Shown here in pieces: positions 25,341 through 37,363 of a stretch of DNA of 64,000 nt. A program made the position numbers and the translations under genes. How positions within the stretch are numbered: position 1 is the first letter of the stretch; every line of letters starts with the position of its first letter. Location: NCBI RefSeq assembly GCF_006345805.1, contig NC_042998.1:19406001-19470000 (forward strand). Reading direction: 5' to 3'. The notes below the pieces were generated by a model. The model saw nothing but the letters and a program-made list of their open reading frames with translations, was not told where the DNA came from and did no database searches. This stretch comes from Octopus sinensis (taxonomy: Eukaryota).

Positions 25341-25675
25341 ATCAGAAATGATGTGTTGAGACCGTACACTGGGGAAGGTGATGTATGGGCCTGGATAAAG
25401 AAGGTGAGATTAGTGGCAAAGCTGCTGGGAATAAAAGATGTGGCAATTCTTATGCCGTTGTATTTAGAGGGCAATGCATTAAATCTCTACCTGCAAATGG
25501 ATGAGGTGGACCAAGAGAAAGCGGAAACCATTGACGAGCGACTGAAGGACGCGTACACAGAAGGGACATTTAGAACCTACAGCAAGCTCGGAAAGGTTAG
25601 ATAAACCGGCGAGCAGATACATAATTACGTGATCGAGATAGAAGATTGGTGGGCCTAGCAGGATTTACTGGAGCA
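25341..25675 (+). mobile_element. Ty3/Gypsy gag-like fragment
   Basis: RPYTGEGDVWAWIKKVRLVAKL...PLYLEGNALNLYLQM...YSKLGKVR*TGEQ, retrotransposon capsid-like pattern; stop and frameshift present. Confidence 0.7.
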
Positions 25676-25843
25676 GGTTCTTTAAAACATTAAAATATAA
25701 CATTTATCAGTCAAATTGTCTTACATTTTTCTATTCACTAAAATACGGTAGTCCAGGTCAAGAGAGGGACCTGGTCTGTATTCTGCTCTCTCTAGCATAA
25801 ATTTGCCACTAAGTGCAGTGGAATGAAAATCTGCATGTACAAC
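25675..25843 (+). repeat. About 169-bp direct repeat (second copy 27503-27670)
   Basis: aggttctttaaaacattaaaatataa...gtggaatgaaaatctgcatgtacaac present in both. Confidence 0.9.
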
Positions 25844-26253
25844 TTGTATACACACACACACACAATATTGAAAAAAATTCATTCAACAAAACATCAAGCA
25901 CATGTTCCTCTTTGATAATGTTGTTTCATATATTGAATAGAGAACGTACATGCAATGTTTCTGTATTTTTAATTATTTTTTAGTTTATGCCATGCTAATA
26001 TTTATAAAACCAATTTTGAATGTTTTTGTATTTATGTACAGCGTTCGCCAGAAGATTTTAACTTCTTGTAAGGCGCCCCGTGAAGAAAACAAGTTTGGGA
26101 ACCACTGCCCTAATCTTCACACTATTCAGTACTAAAGACAGAACGTCCAAACTCTAACACATTCCTTCGTGAAATTGGTTCATTATGCTTATGCAATGAA
26201 AAAATACATGATATTACAATTAGATACAACATTAGTTTTCAGGTTGCTATACG

Positions 26254-26685
26254 TGGATCCTTTCGGTTTGAACGGCAGTTTTTTCTAGCGGTGTCATATG
26301 AAATTGTCACCCATAATTATAACCCTAGTATCAATCTATTGCATTTCAATCTGTTTTAGGGCTAGGGTTAGTTAGGGTTAGGGTTAGGGGGGGAAGGCTA
26401 TCTTTTTTTCTTCACAAATGTAAATAAACCCAATCTGTTTCTTAAACGAGGGACATATTCATACGGCACAGAATTTTTTTACCTCAATAGACATCACTGA
26501 TTGGTTGAAATTGCAGAAATTGAAGAAAAAAAACAACAAATATCTTACAAACTATAGATTTTTCTCAATAGAGCCAAGAAAAAAAAATGTGTTTTATAAA
26601 CACATTCTGCCAATATACAAAGTTTAAATTTTTTTAGTTACCTAGAAATTATGTTAAAAACTGTCGTTCAAGCCGAAAATGTCCC
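26254..26685. mobile_element. MITE with internal (TTAGGG)n
   Basis: Imperfect TIRs of about 30 bp (tttcggtttgaacggcagttttt / aaaaactgtcgttcaagccgaaa); identical tatacg flanks; TTAGGG-like units 26356-26389. Confidence 0.75.
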
Positions 26686-27137
26686 TATACGTTTAGAATG
26701 TAGCAAAGGAGTGCTTCTTCTGCGTTTTCTAACTTTCTTCTTGATAAACAAGTCCAGTCGATCTGTATTTACATAAAATCTTCACTATATATGCTTAAAC
26801 AACAATTAGCTGAAACGATATTCATTTATTGTGCCACTTGTGTTTTTCATACATTGTGCGTCCCACGTTCTAATACTCATTCGTTCGGGTTTAATGACTA
26901 AATTACGCCGGGTTTCCTTCTTTTCTGTGTTTGTTCAAACGCCATTAATTGGAATTCAAATAAATTATTGTAGTTCTCCTGCGTCATTAATTGACATTGG
27001 TCACGTGTAGTGGGAATGATAAAAATGTTCAAGCACTCAGCAGCAGAAGCTGGTTGAATATCTCTATGTAAGAAATGTCAAAGTAGTTGTTAATTGTTCA
27101 GCATATAGTTAATTACTACTATGGATGTTTGCAGATT

Positions 27138-27387
27138 GTGGAGGCGCGTGGCTTAGTGGTTAGAGCGTCAGCACCATGATCGTAAGATTGTGTTTTCGAT
27201 TCCTGGACTGGCAACGCATTGTGTTCTTGAGCAAGACACTTCATTTCACGTTTCTCCAGTCCACGCAGCTGTCAAAAATGAGTAACTCTGCGATGGACTG
27301 GCGTCCCGTCCAGCTGGGGAACATATACGCCAAGGAAACCGGGAAACCGGGCCCATGTGCCTGGCTAGGCTTTAAAAGGGCGCATAT
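27138..27387 (+). mobile_element. tRNA-derived SINE with a V-SINE-like segment
   Basis: ggaggcgcgtggcttagtggttagag (A box), ttcgattcc (B box), cttgagcaagacact, gatggactggcgtcccgtccag. Confidence 0.8.
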
Positions 27388-28289
27388 ACTTTATTTATTA
27401 TTTTTGCAGATTAGCGGTTACAAATATCGCGTATAGTCGGTTATTAACGGAATTAATATTAATACGCATTTATCTATATCCTTTGACATGAACAACATTT
27501 CGAGGTTCTTTAAAACATTAAAATATAATATTTTTCAGTCAAACTGTCTTACATTTTTCTACCCACTAAAATACGGTAGTCCAGGTCAAGACAGGGACCT
27601 GTTCTCTACTCTGCCCTCTCTGGCATAAAGTTGCCACTACTTCAGTGGAATGAAAATCTGCATGTACAACATGTTTGCCGGGTTTCTGAACGTATTATTT
27701 CAAGTAGTCAACTACTTCAAGAATTTTAAATATCGCATTATCGCGATATAAAGTTAATTCCCTTTTCTGTTAGGTCTATTGCGAATCTCATGAGGAATTA
27801 GTGCTAAATAGAACTCATACTAAAAATATCTTACGTATATTATATAGTAGGCTTGGGCTGATATCAGTAAAGAAGTTAAATTATTGTTTGAATCTTGTTC
27901 CTATTTTTATTATGTAACTTGTTAATTACACATTTTAGAGTCTTCTTCCTTCACGCTGCCGGTTGGGTAAAACACCACAAATTATTCAAAGTGCCCTGGA
28001 GGATAGAGTTGATACATACATATAAAGGAGAATACTGTATATATAAAAACACAGAAGCACACACACACACACGTGTAAGTGTATATATATATATTAATCA
28101 AAGCAAGTACTACAGAAGAAATAAATCATGTTGAAAATGCAGGTGAGTTTTGACCCCGTGAAATTGATAAATGCATACCCTTACACACATACAGACACAT
28201 GTATACATGCCTCTGTGGTGTGTGTGTATGTGTGTGTGTGTGCCTCTGTGTGTGTGCGGGGGTGGTTTCTTTCTGTTTGTGTATAACAT

Positions 28290-28659
28290 CATACATATAT
28301 ACATAGTATATTTCGTAAGGCAGTTTGTCTGTGCGTGCTTCTGTGTGTCTGTTTGCTTGTACCTCACCCGGACCACGGCTTTCAACCGATTCTGATGAAA
28401 CTTTGACACACACATAGCCCAATGTATAATTCAAAACTAACGCAGCGAAAATTTGAAAAGTTCCCCCAGTTCTGAAAAAAATAAAATTCGACATGGGGTC
28501 GAAATAAACACAACTGTCTATCACTACTCTTTTTTAATTTAAAAGAAAAAATTTACCATCATTTTCTTCATTTTGCTATTCTTTTTTTGGCTATAACTCT
28601 CTAAAATGCTTTATAGTTATTTCCCTTACAAACCTGAGCAACGCGGGCGATACTGCTAG
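28290..28659 (+). mobile_element. Non-autonomous Helitron (5' end approximate)
   Basis: The 3' 70 bp match 54140-54210, including gagcaacgc(c)gggcgatactgCTAG|t. Confidence 0.75.
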
Positions 28660-29094
28660 TGTTTGATAAAAAAATAAGTATTGAGCCTTACCTCTGCAAA
28701 TCTGCAAGAATGAATGTCACTTAAGATGATATCATGGTTTCCAATTTGATTGAGATGAATCAAGCGTGTTTTTGCGTTAAATTCGCAATCATATCATGTA
28801 TAACTGACATTCCTTCTTGCAATGTTACCAAGCTAAGTATTAATCCTTATTTCACTTCTTTTTGTCTCAACCATACCTGTGCAAATATAGCTTTCATTTT
28901 TGTGGCTTCGGAGTGTTTCGACTCCTATTTGTACCAAAGCTGGTGTTTTGTAAAAAATCTCACTTTTTATATGTAATTCGTTTTTTTTTATACATTTCAA
29001 ATTTGATTTTGCCGAAACAGCTTTAGCTTGAAGTCACTAACATTATTACCTCTCATGAGTATTGATGTCTTTGAATATATATTCTGCTCCCAAC

Positions 29095-29680
29095 TTTGAA
29101 TATATATACTGCTCCCAACTATGGTCACCACACAATATAAAACTAACAGCAGAACTCGAAGCAATTCAGAGAAGCTACAAAAAGAAGATCGTCTCAATGC
29201 AAAATATCAGCTACTGGGAAAGACTGAAGATATTAAAACTCTTCTCCCTAGAGCGGAGGCGAAAGAGATATGCGGTGATATACATCTGGAAAATCCTGGA
29301 GGGTCTTCTCCCAAACTTTGGCATTCAAAGTTACCCCAACCGCAGAACGAAGCGCCACTGCATGGTGCCAAAGATTCCATCACCATCAAAATACAGGACC
29401 AGATACTGCAACAGCTTGGGTTTCAAAGGACCACAGCTCTTTAACATCCTCCCTAAATGCCTGAGAGACTTACATGGTGTGGATGTGGGTTCCTTTAAAA
29501 CTAAACTGGATCTCTTCTTGTCGGGAGTCCCAGATGACCCTACCTCACGACAGCATCGAACTCCCTTGTTGATCAAGTGCCACGTATCAGAGGTGGATTC
29601 ACATATCAGTGTAGCTCATTCAGCGGTGGTGCCCCAGCATGGCCGCGGCCTTCGGGCTAAGACATTTTTAAGGATTTAAG
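29095..29680 (+). mobile_element. CR1-like LINE 3' fragment (post-RT ORF2 plus tail)
   Basis: YCSQLWSPH...LEAIQRSY...SYWERLKILKLFSLERRR.RYAVIYIWKILEG...GPQLFNILP...FKTKLDLFL; tail ends in (tttaagga)n. Confidence 0.9.
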
Positions 29681-29700
29681 GATATATACTTATATATATT

Positions 29701-29850
29701 TAGGCGTAGGAGTGGCTCTGTGGTAAAATACTTGGCTACAAACCATATGGTTCCGTGGCGATTTGGGCAAGTGTACTCTACTATAGCCTCGGGCCGACCA
29801 AATTCTTGTGAGTGGATTTGGTAGACGGAAACTGAAAGAAGCCCGTCGAA

Positions 29851-29895
<45 letters not shown>

Positions 29896-30090
29896 TTGTG
29901 TTTGTCCCCCCCCAACATGTCTTGACGATGCTGATGTGTTTACGTCCCCGTAACTTAGCGGTTCAGCAAAAGAGACCGATAGAATAAGTACTAGGCTTAC
30001 AAAGAATAGGTTCTGGGGTCGACTTGCCCGACTAAAGGTGATGCTCTAGTATGGCCACAGGCTAATGACTGAAACAAGTAAAAGAGTAAG
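29701..30090 (+). mobile_element. SINE family B
   Basis: taggcgtaggagtggct head through the gactgaaacaagtaaaagagt tail. Confidence 0.9.
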
Positions 30091-30103
30091 AAGACTTGGT
30101 GTG

Positions 30104-30515
<412 letters not shown>

Positions 30516-31500
30516 TTATATATATTGTATATCAGGCCCAACTTGTTATAATTTATTCCTTTATCCGCACGATTGCCTCTTTCTCTTTCTCTATACATTC
30601 ATGTACACGCACACATATTTGTTTATAATTGTGTGTATGTGTAATCGTGTATATGTGTGTGTGTGCACTTATGGAGTTGAAACAAGTGTGCGCATTGTTT
30701 TTTGCATCCGTATCTACATGTGTAGGTGTTTACAATAGAATATACATTGAATATGAATATCATTTACAGAATATACATATACATGTTCACATTGAGATAT
30801 TGAAATCTATATGCATCAATATTACTATGTGCATAGCTAGTTCAAGGGTGTGGAGACATTTTCGTCTTATCACTGATCGTTTCTTACCGCTTTTTTATGA
30901 AAATAAATTCTTGCTAATAGTGAAGTGTATTGAATTCTCAGGAATGATTTTTGACATTTTTAGATCAAAGAACATTTCGTCATCAAAGACTAAATTATTC
31001 TTAATGATCTGTGCATAACCTTTGCAACTACTGGTAGTATTATCATATATTAGCATTGAAGTAGGCGTAAGCTGCAAAAGTGGTGTGGTAAGTGTGCTGG
31101 GAGCCAATTGAATGATATTAGCTTTCTCGCAGGAATGATTATCATACACAGAAAGCTATTTGCACTTTTCTGATAAAGATAAATAAGACTCAGAATACCT
31201 TTCCGTTAATAATCGACTTTCAGATTAGCCTCTAAATAAACTGCAGTTTTAAATTAGGTTAATGTTTAAGGGTATATTAATAAATTTGTTGTGTTTTTTT
31301 TTGTAATTGCTATGGTATTTAGAAAATAATGTGCAATTTCTTTCATGGATGTATCAACATTTTTTAATATTATGTAGATTTTTATCGTGTCTTCTAAATA
31401 CCAATATAACACGGGAGATAATGCAAACAAGAATATATTCCCAAAAGGAGTAGAAACGATATACACACCTATGCGTGTGTATACACACACACACACACAC

Positions 31501-31548
<48 letters not shown>

Positions 31549-31557
31549 ATACATATA

Positions 31558-31596
<39 letters not shown>

Positions 31597-31849
31597 CTAT
31601 GTATATATATACATATTCATATATATATATATATTATATATATATATATTATATATAATATATATATATAATATATACATGTGTGTGTGTATTATTTTTT
31701 TCTCTAATAGAGCGTGAGGAAATGGTGGGGCGCAGGGTGTAAGCGTCACTAGGTTTCTTTCCTTTAAAGTTTCGGTTTAGGTAGAGTGTTGGATGGAGTT
31801 GTCTTTCTTTTATCTTCCTGGTGCGACGCACGTCTATCTGATAACTCAG

Positions 31850-32700
31850 ATAAAACGCTGTCCATGTATTAATCGAAAACCTCAGTATCTACGACTCCCT
31901 AATCTCAGAGGCTGTCTCGCATAAAGTTGATCAGATGCGGACCCTTGAAAACTAAACTGTGACAGCAACGGGTCCTTATTTTACATGTATAAGATAAGGT
32001 TTTTGGTTCTAAGCAGTGGTACAGCTTTCAGTTCCCATGATGGGAGCTAAAGTTTCTAGGATCTTCCATACGCATATGTTTCATATCTTCTCTCTGGAGA
32101 GTAGATCTTCAGTTCCTTTAGCACCTCGCAGTAGCATATTCATTGTACGTTTTTGTAGCAATGTATGGTGCACTCTGGTACTGACTGCATCATCGAGAGC
32201 TCTATATTAACTTTTATGCATTGAGTAAAATTACAAGTAAAATAAACCTTCATAAGTAAAGATTTGTAACGCACTCCAGTTCTGCATATAAAGGTTGCTT
32301 TGCTCTTTTTAAATATATTCTGTATTCTATTTGATCTCTGACTCCGAAGTGTAGAATCATATATGGAATATATTCTTCGATGTTACTATAACCAGCTTTT
32401 GCTCTTAATGTATGCAGTAACGAAATTTCCTATCTTCGAAACTTCCAAATGATGTTGTAGTTGATTAGATACGTAAACCTCTTCGTATGATTTCCGTTTG
32501 TTATCGTGACAATCGGTAGTATACTTCTAGCTTTTTTTTTCTTCCCATAACATTTCTGTATAGTTCTACTTCTGTTTCTTTCGTCTATTAGTAAACTTTC
32601 TTTAGCTATTTTCCTATAGTTTTTGAAATTTCTAGAGAACATTTCTTTTGAGTTTCCACCAAGGCTGCTACGTGTTTGTCCTATCTATGTATGCTGGTAA
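31850..32700 (-). mobile_element. Old CR1-like LINE fragment
   Basis: Frameshifted YCEVLKELKIYSPERRYE...WKILETLAP near 32040-32140; boundaries approximate. Confidence 0.5.
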
Positions 32701-32865
32701 TATTACTACTCGAGTGGTTTCTTATCATTTTGTGATGTAGATATTTAAGTAGCTATACGAGAGCAAAGTTGACGAATTACTACACACACTGGTCATATTT
32801 TATTTATCTTCTAATTTCTACAGTGGTGTGAAGATTACCAGAGGAACCATAGTTAGCGCGGCATT

Positions 32866-33022
<157 letters not shown>

Positions 33023-33023
33023 T

Positions 33024-33190
33024 GGCAGAATCGTTAACACGCCGGGTGAAATGCGTAGCGGTTTTTCGTCTGCCGCTGTGTTCTGAGTACAAATTGCCCC
33101 GAGGTCGACTTTGCCTTCCGTCCTTTCGGAGTTGGTAAATTAAGTATCCCTCTCCAAAATTTCAGGCCTTGTGCGTTTATTAGAAATGAT
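33024..33190 (+). mobile_element. SINE family A, degenerate
   Basis: ggcagaatcgttaacacgccggg...ccgaggtcgactttgcc. Confidence 0.75.
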
Positions 33191-33204
33191 TATTATCATT
33201 ATTT

Positions 33205-33395
33205 TATTGTCTTTGCACAGCTTATAACGCTGGAGATGTACTATGATGTCAGCTGTTCACTACCAGTGAACTAATGTAACGCCCCTTGTTTTTGAGTACC
33301 ATCCGAAGTATTTGAACAGTTCCAAATATAGCTGTTTTCTGCAAGTGCTCCACCCTTGTTGCAGCCCCTATTTGTTCCATGTAATTCTCAAGATG
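33205..33395 (-). mobile_element. R4/Dong-like LINE 3' end
   Basis: HLENYMEQIGAATRVEHLQKTAIFGTVQILRMVL; truncated at (TTA)n. Confidence 0.7.
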
Positions 33396-33473
<78 letters not shown>

Positions 33474-33499
33474 GTTCTGTAGTTTTATTATTATTCTGT

Positions 33500-33828
33500 A
33501 GTTTTATTTTTATTACGTGCTTTCACTTCACTGCCGGGTGCAGCTCTATGTGCTGTGATTTGTTATGATGCTCTGATGGTTACTGTATTTAAAATGTTTT
33601 GCGTAGGATGTGTACAGTGCCCAGTAGTGCAATTTTGTGTATGTTATTATATATTTGTAAGTCCTGGTGTTTTGTTATGTATTTGTCTGAATATCTTTTT
33701 AACATACCTAATGCGACTACTACGATAGGAATTGTTTCTGTTTTTAGATTCTACATTCGCGTTACCTCTATTTCCAGGTCTTTGTATTTTTAAAGTTTCT
33801 CCATTTCTTTTAGAGACACGTTGTCATT
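33500..33828 (-). mobile_element. R4/Dong-like LINE 3' end
   Basis: KEMEKL*KYKDLEIEVTRM*NLKTETIPIVVVALGM...IHKIALLGTVHILRKTF*. Confidence 0.8.
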
Positions 33829-33919
33829 ATTATTATTTTTTATTGTTGTTGTTGCTGTTGTTGTTTTTGTTGTTATTATTGTTGTTGGTGGTGATTGTGC
33901 TGGTGGCGGTGGTGTAATA

Positions 33920-34480
33920 AATCTCACAGCTTATATTGCTACGTATGATGGAATGTGTCAGCTGTCCACAGCCGTCAAACTTAGGTGACACATGTTTACT
34001 GGTCATGCTTCAAGAACCCTGCGAAAGAAATTCTTGCAGTTCCAAGCGATGCTTATTTTTGTAGCTGTTCTACCTTCACAGTTGCACCTATCTTTTCCAT
34101 CAATGTTGGTAGTTGAGTGCTGATATTCCAAGTGCACCAGTTATTACTGGTATCATGTGTACTCTCTTCATTGACGACAACCTTCTTTTTTCCCACTTTA
34201 AATTGTAATAGTTATTTATTTTCTCTTCTTCTTTTACATTGATCCTGTTGTCACCAGGGCATGCTATGTTGATTATCGTACCTGTTCTTTCATTTTTATT
34301 CACAACAGCAATGTCCGGCTTCTGATGTCTGCTTAGGGGATCGCACTGGATTTTGCATCTCACAGAAGTTTGCAATTCTCGTTTTCGGTGACACCTTTTT
34401 GAGGTTTGCTGTTGCCACGTCTTTGCGCTTTGTAGGCGGTGATTTCCACAGAGTTCCCAATGAATCATTCTTGCCACATT
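33920..34480 (-). mobile_element. R4/Dong-like LINE RLE domain and 3' end
   Basis: ARMIHWELC...IQCD...KPDIAVV...INIACPGD...KEEEKI...IPVITGALG...EQLQK*ASLGTARI, a PD-(D/E)xK restriction-like endonuclease pattern. Confidence 0.9.
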
Positions 34481-34609
34481 GTCATGGTATCAATTCTATT
34501 CGCGTAGTGCCAATTTTAATTATTATTATTATCAATAATATAAATACGCTTACTTTCGTTTGTGTACGTACTTGATATGTGTATATCACACTTACATCAA
34601 AGGAGTGGG

Positions 34610-34910
34610 AAAGCGAGAGAGAAGAGGACTGAGAGGAAGTAAGAGAGAAAGAGAGTGAGAGTGAAAGCGATAGTGAGTGGTGACTGCGTTCGTTTTGTGT
34701 CTTTACATGTTTCAGAGAGGAAGTAAGAGAGAGAGGGAGGGAAACAGACAGTGAGTGGTGACGCATTCGTTTCGTATTTCTAAATGTTTCAGAGAGGACG
34801 TACGAGAGAAAAGAGTGAGAGTGAGAAAAGTGAGAGACAAAGAGAGGGAGTGAAAGAGACAGTAAGTGGGGACGGCGTTCGTGCAGTGTTTTAAAATGTT
34901 TATTACATCG
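34610..34910 (+). repeat. GA-rich degenerate minisatellite, about 3 units of 80-110 bp
   Basis: Anchor agt(g/a)agtgg(t/g)gac...ttcgt...atgttt at about 34672, 34751 and 34861. Confidence 0.7.
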
Positions 34911-35084
34911 CAAGAGAAGTAAATACATTGTTATATCAAAAGTGGGAGAGAAGAGGGACACAAAGGAAGTAAAGGAGAGAGAGAGAGAGAAAGTGAGAGA
35001 GACAGTAAATACATAAATCCAAAGAAACGTTCATACATATATACATAGTCACAGCAAATATTGGATGTCAATTTCACTTTTCAT

Positions 35085-35225
35085 TACCACACGAGAATAA
35101 AATTAACTCACAAATAGCTGAGTACTCCACAGGCATACATAACATTAATGTAGTTCTGAGGGAGATTCAGCCTCACACAGAATATGACAAGGCTGGCCCC
35201 TTTGAATTACAGCTACAACTCCAGA
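35085..35225 (-). mobile_element. SINE family C body fragment
   Basis: gctgagtactccacag...gtagttct...gacaaggctggcccctttgaa resembles 5640-5760. Confidence 0.6.
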
Positions 35226-35687
35226 CATATATATATGACTTATTTGTGTGTGTGTGTGTGTATAGTTTAGGTTAGTTAAACATGTTTGCAAAAATAAGTG
35301 TCGCGTGGTAGAAATAAACGCAATTACCAAACTTTCATTCATAAATCCATTTATTATTTCGTTCTTTTGCATTTCAATTTGCACATTTGCACTCCTAATT
35401 ATGTACAAGCATATAAGTAAAACGACGTCCTTTATTTTTTTAATCATTAACTACTGATATTGGAGGGACTGAGAGGGAGTGAGAGAGAGAGCGAGAGAAA
35501 GAGAGAGAGGGGAGTGAGTGGTGACTCAAAGGAAGGTGGTGTTTCTTTTGTGTTTTCAACCACAGCAAATATTGGATAACCTATCCTAAGCAAAAACTGT
35601 CTTATACTTTCGTATATGTTTTTCAATTGAAACACTGAATCATTTTGGACATTTATTGTTTTAATAGCAAGAGAAAAACTGAGAGAA

Positions 35688-35724
<37 letters not shown>

Positions 35725-36181
35725 TCTGTGTGTATGAGAAAGAACTTGAAGACACAACTAAAAGAATTCCAGTCAGTGGCAAAATGACAGGTAGAGAGAG
35801 AGTGTTTAAATCTTCGTTGTGGACTAACACTTTCTGTCTCTCTGGCTGCCTTTCTCTATGTATGTGTTTGTGTATGTGTGCGTGTTGCCATTTTGAATTC
35901 CTTTCCGCGACTGAAGGTAAACTGCTATTAAAGGCCCAACCACACACACACATTTGTTTTAATCCATTTCAACGGCGGACATACACCAGATAAAGTGGTG
36001 AGTGTTTTGCTCCAAAATTTAAAGATTGAATTTGTTTTTATTATGAAATTGTACTTCAGCTAAAAATCATCTTTTGGCTTCGGAACACAACAATATCGTT
36101 TTTCTTTCTGTATTTTTTAAGTTAGAATTTCTGGCTTATTTGTTGATGTATGTAAGTAAACAAAAACTAAAGGAAACACAG

Positions 36182-36234
<53 letters not shown>

Positions 36235-36379
36235 GTTTAGATTAGTCAGAATATGTTTGAGATAAGTGTCGCGTGGTGGAAATAAACGCTGTCTAATACA
36301 TTTGTATATGTTTTTCAGTAGAAACACTGTAAATCATTCTGGCGATTTATTGTTTTAATAGCAAGTTTTAAGTTATAGA

Positions 36380-37240
36380 TAATTGCATGAGAGACGTAGT
36401 ACGTGGGTGTCAGCGTAGGAGAGAACGATTGCTCTAGGTCCAGCAGGAGGAAATAAGGATAAAAATCGGACGTGGTTGAGACAATGAAGAAACGAAATAA
36501 GTCAAGAGGAGAGGGGGCGCATCCTACGTGATAGGAAGGAAATTAATCAGCAAAGGATAGAAGAAATAACCAAAGAGAAGTGAGTTTTCAAAACAAGAGA
36601 GATAGAGATCTACAGAGCAGAGAGAATATATGAGTCAAGAGCAAATGTAGCTGTACTTTGAACATATGGGAAACAGATTTCAACAAAGAAGGAAAAATAT
36701 GGACGAAGATGAAAGGCAGAATTACCTTCAAGATATGAGAAACAGTGTTCAAGGAAGAAGGGAAAATACGGAAGAAACTGAAACACAGAATTATCTTATG
36801 ACAGACAGAGCTCAAATAAGAAGACGGAATATAATAAAATAACAATAAAATTCTCCATTTACGATTGGTGAGATGAACGTAGTATGCCCACACTGCCATG
36901 CACGTAGATTTCCGCAGGAAGCACTTAATTGTTGCCATAATGGTAAAGTTTCCTTGCCGAATCTACTAGAATATCCTGACCAGTTAAAACAAATTTCGGA
37001 GAATAGCAACATTAAAGGAATGAACTTTAGACAGAACATCAAAAACTATAATTCAATGTGTTCATTCGCCTCATTTGGAGCCACTGTTACAGCACACCCT
37101 GGCCATGGCCCCGGTTGTTTCCGCTTGCAAGGACAAGTCTATCATCATGCAAGCAACTTACATCCTGAAAACAATCAACCTAGAAGATTTACTCAACTCT
37201 ATATTGTTGATTCTAAAAAGGCCTTGCAAAGAGCTCCTTA
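36380..37240 (+). mobile_element. Helitron RepHel N-terminal fragment (ORF 36873-37247)
   Basis: GEMNVVCPHCHARRF..E..NCCHNGKVSLP...NFRQNIKNYNSMCSFASFGA...GHGPGCFRLQGQVYHH..NLHP...RFTQLYIVD, the Helitron Zn-finger/N-domain pattern; truncated at (ATT)n. Confidence 0.9.
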
Positions 37241-37255
37241 TTATTAATTTTGTTA

Positions 37256-37286
<31 letters not shown>

Positions 37287-37287
37287 A

Positions 37288-37329
<42 letters not shown>

Positions 37330-37363
37330 GATGCTGTTCTTATGTTTTTATAGGTATCGCTAT

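Larger units (their letters stand above)
24789..26107. mobile_element. hAT-type non-autonomous element with nested insertions
   Basis: TIRs cagtggtttccaaac / gtttgggaaccactg (14/15); 8-bp flanks ccctaaaa / ccctaatc (6/8). Confidence 0.8.

Noticed and set aside
26356-26389. TTAGGG array as a chromosome-fusion or telomere-healing site
   Set aside because: Only about 5 units, and they lie inside a TIR-bounded element
34610-34910. Repeat-spacer-like pattern as a CRISPR array
   Set aside because: Degenerate units with related spacers, eukaryotic context, and no cas genes
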